Assembly: GCF_001194135.2 (NCBI RefSeq)
Contig: NC_068985.1
Location: forward strand, 33,545,660-33,609,659
DNA: 64,000 bases
Reading direction: 5' to 3'
DNA from: Octopus bimaculoides
Lineage: Eukaryota
In this document: one piece after another, positions 63,797 to 64,000 of the stretch
Layout: every line of letters starts with the position of its first letter
How positions within the stretch are numbered: the stretch's first letter is position 1
Notes under the pieces: model-generated
The model's input: only the letters and a program-made list of their open reading frames with translations
Told to the model about the DNA's origin: nothing
Database searches by the model: none
Translations under genes and position numbers: made by a program

Positions 63797-64000
63797 TCAT
63801 CACCACCATCATCATTATCTTTGCCTTTTGTCTACTTCCAAGTTGTGAAGGGCTGAGCAGAAGTGTTAGAAATTGTGTTTTTAGGCTGTGTCCTTCCTAT
63901 CACCAATATACAATGTATAAATGTATAAATCCATGCATCTGTCTGTCCCTCCATTCATCCTTCCTATATCTGCCTGTCTGTTTATCTATCTTGCAGTCTA

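Overview
AT-rich, microsatellite-dense eukaryotic genomic DNA with four N gaps. The repeat content (tRNA-derived SINEs with microsatellite hinges, RTE, CR1-group, Tx1/L1, RLE-type and Penelope relics) makes an octopus/coleoid cephalopod source very likely; this is inferred from recalled repeat consensus, not searched. I find no complete protein-coding gene, true tRNA/rRNA gene or CRISPR array. The protein-like ORFs are transposon fragments, and the rest are microsatellite or N-gap artefacts. The window reads like the inside of a very long intron, or a gene desert. Best leads: (1) a textbook recursive-splice 'ratchet point' (poly-T GCAG|GTAAGT) at 11488/11489 on +, with a possible cryptic RS-exon and a 42-nt candidate exon nearby; (2) a Penelope-like element whose 3' end carries a tRNA-like Pol III cassette followed by a degenerate hammerhead core, plus an inverted GIY-YIG duplicate at its 5' break; (3) a head-to-tail Helitron-like dimer; (4) a modular SINE family with one head and two alternative tails joined by a microsatellite; (5) a perfect 49-bp palindrome; (6) a C2H2 zinc-finger fragment lodged in a microsatellite. 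Boundaries of eroded repeats are approximate (tens of bp).
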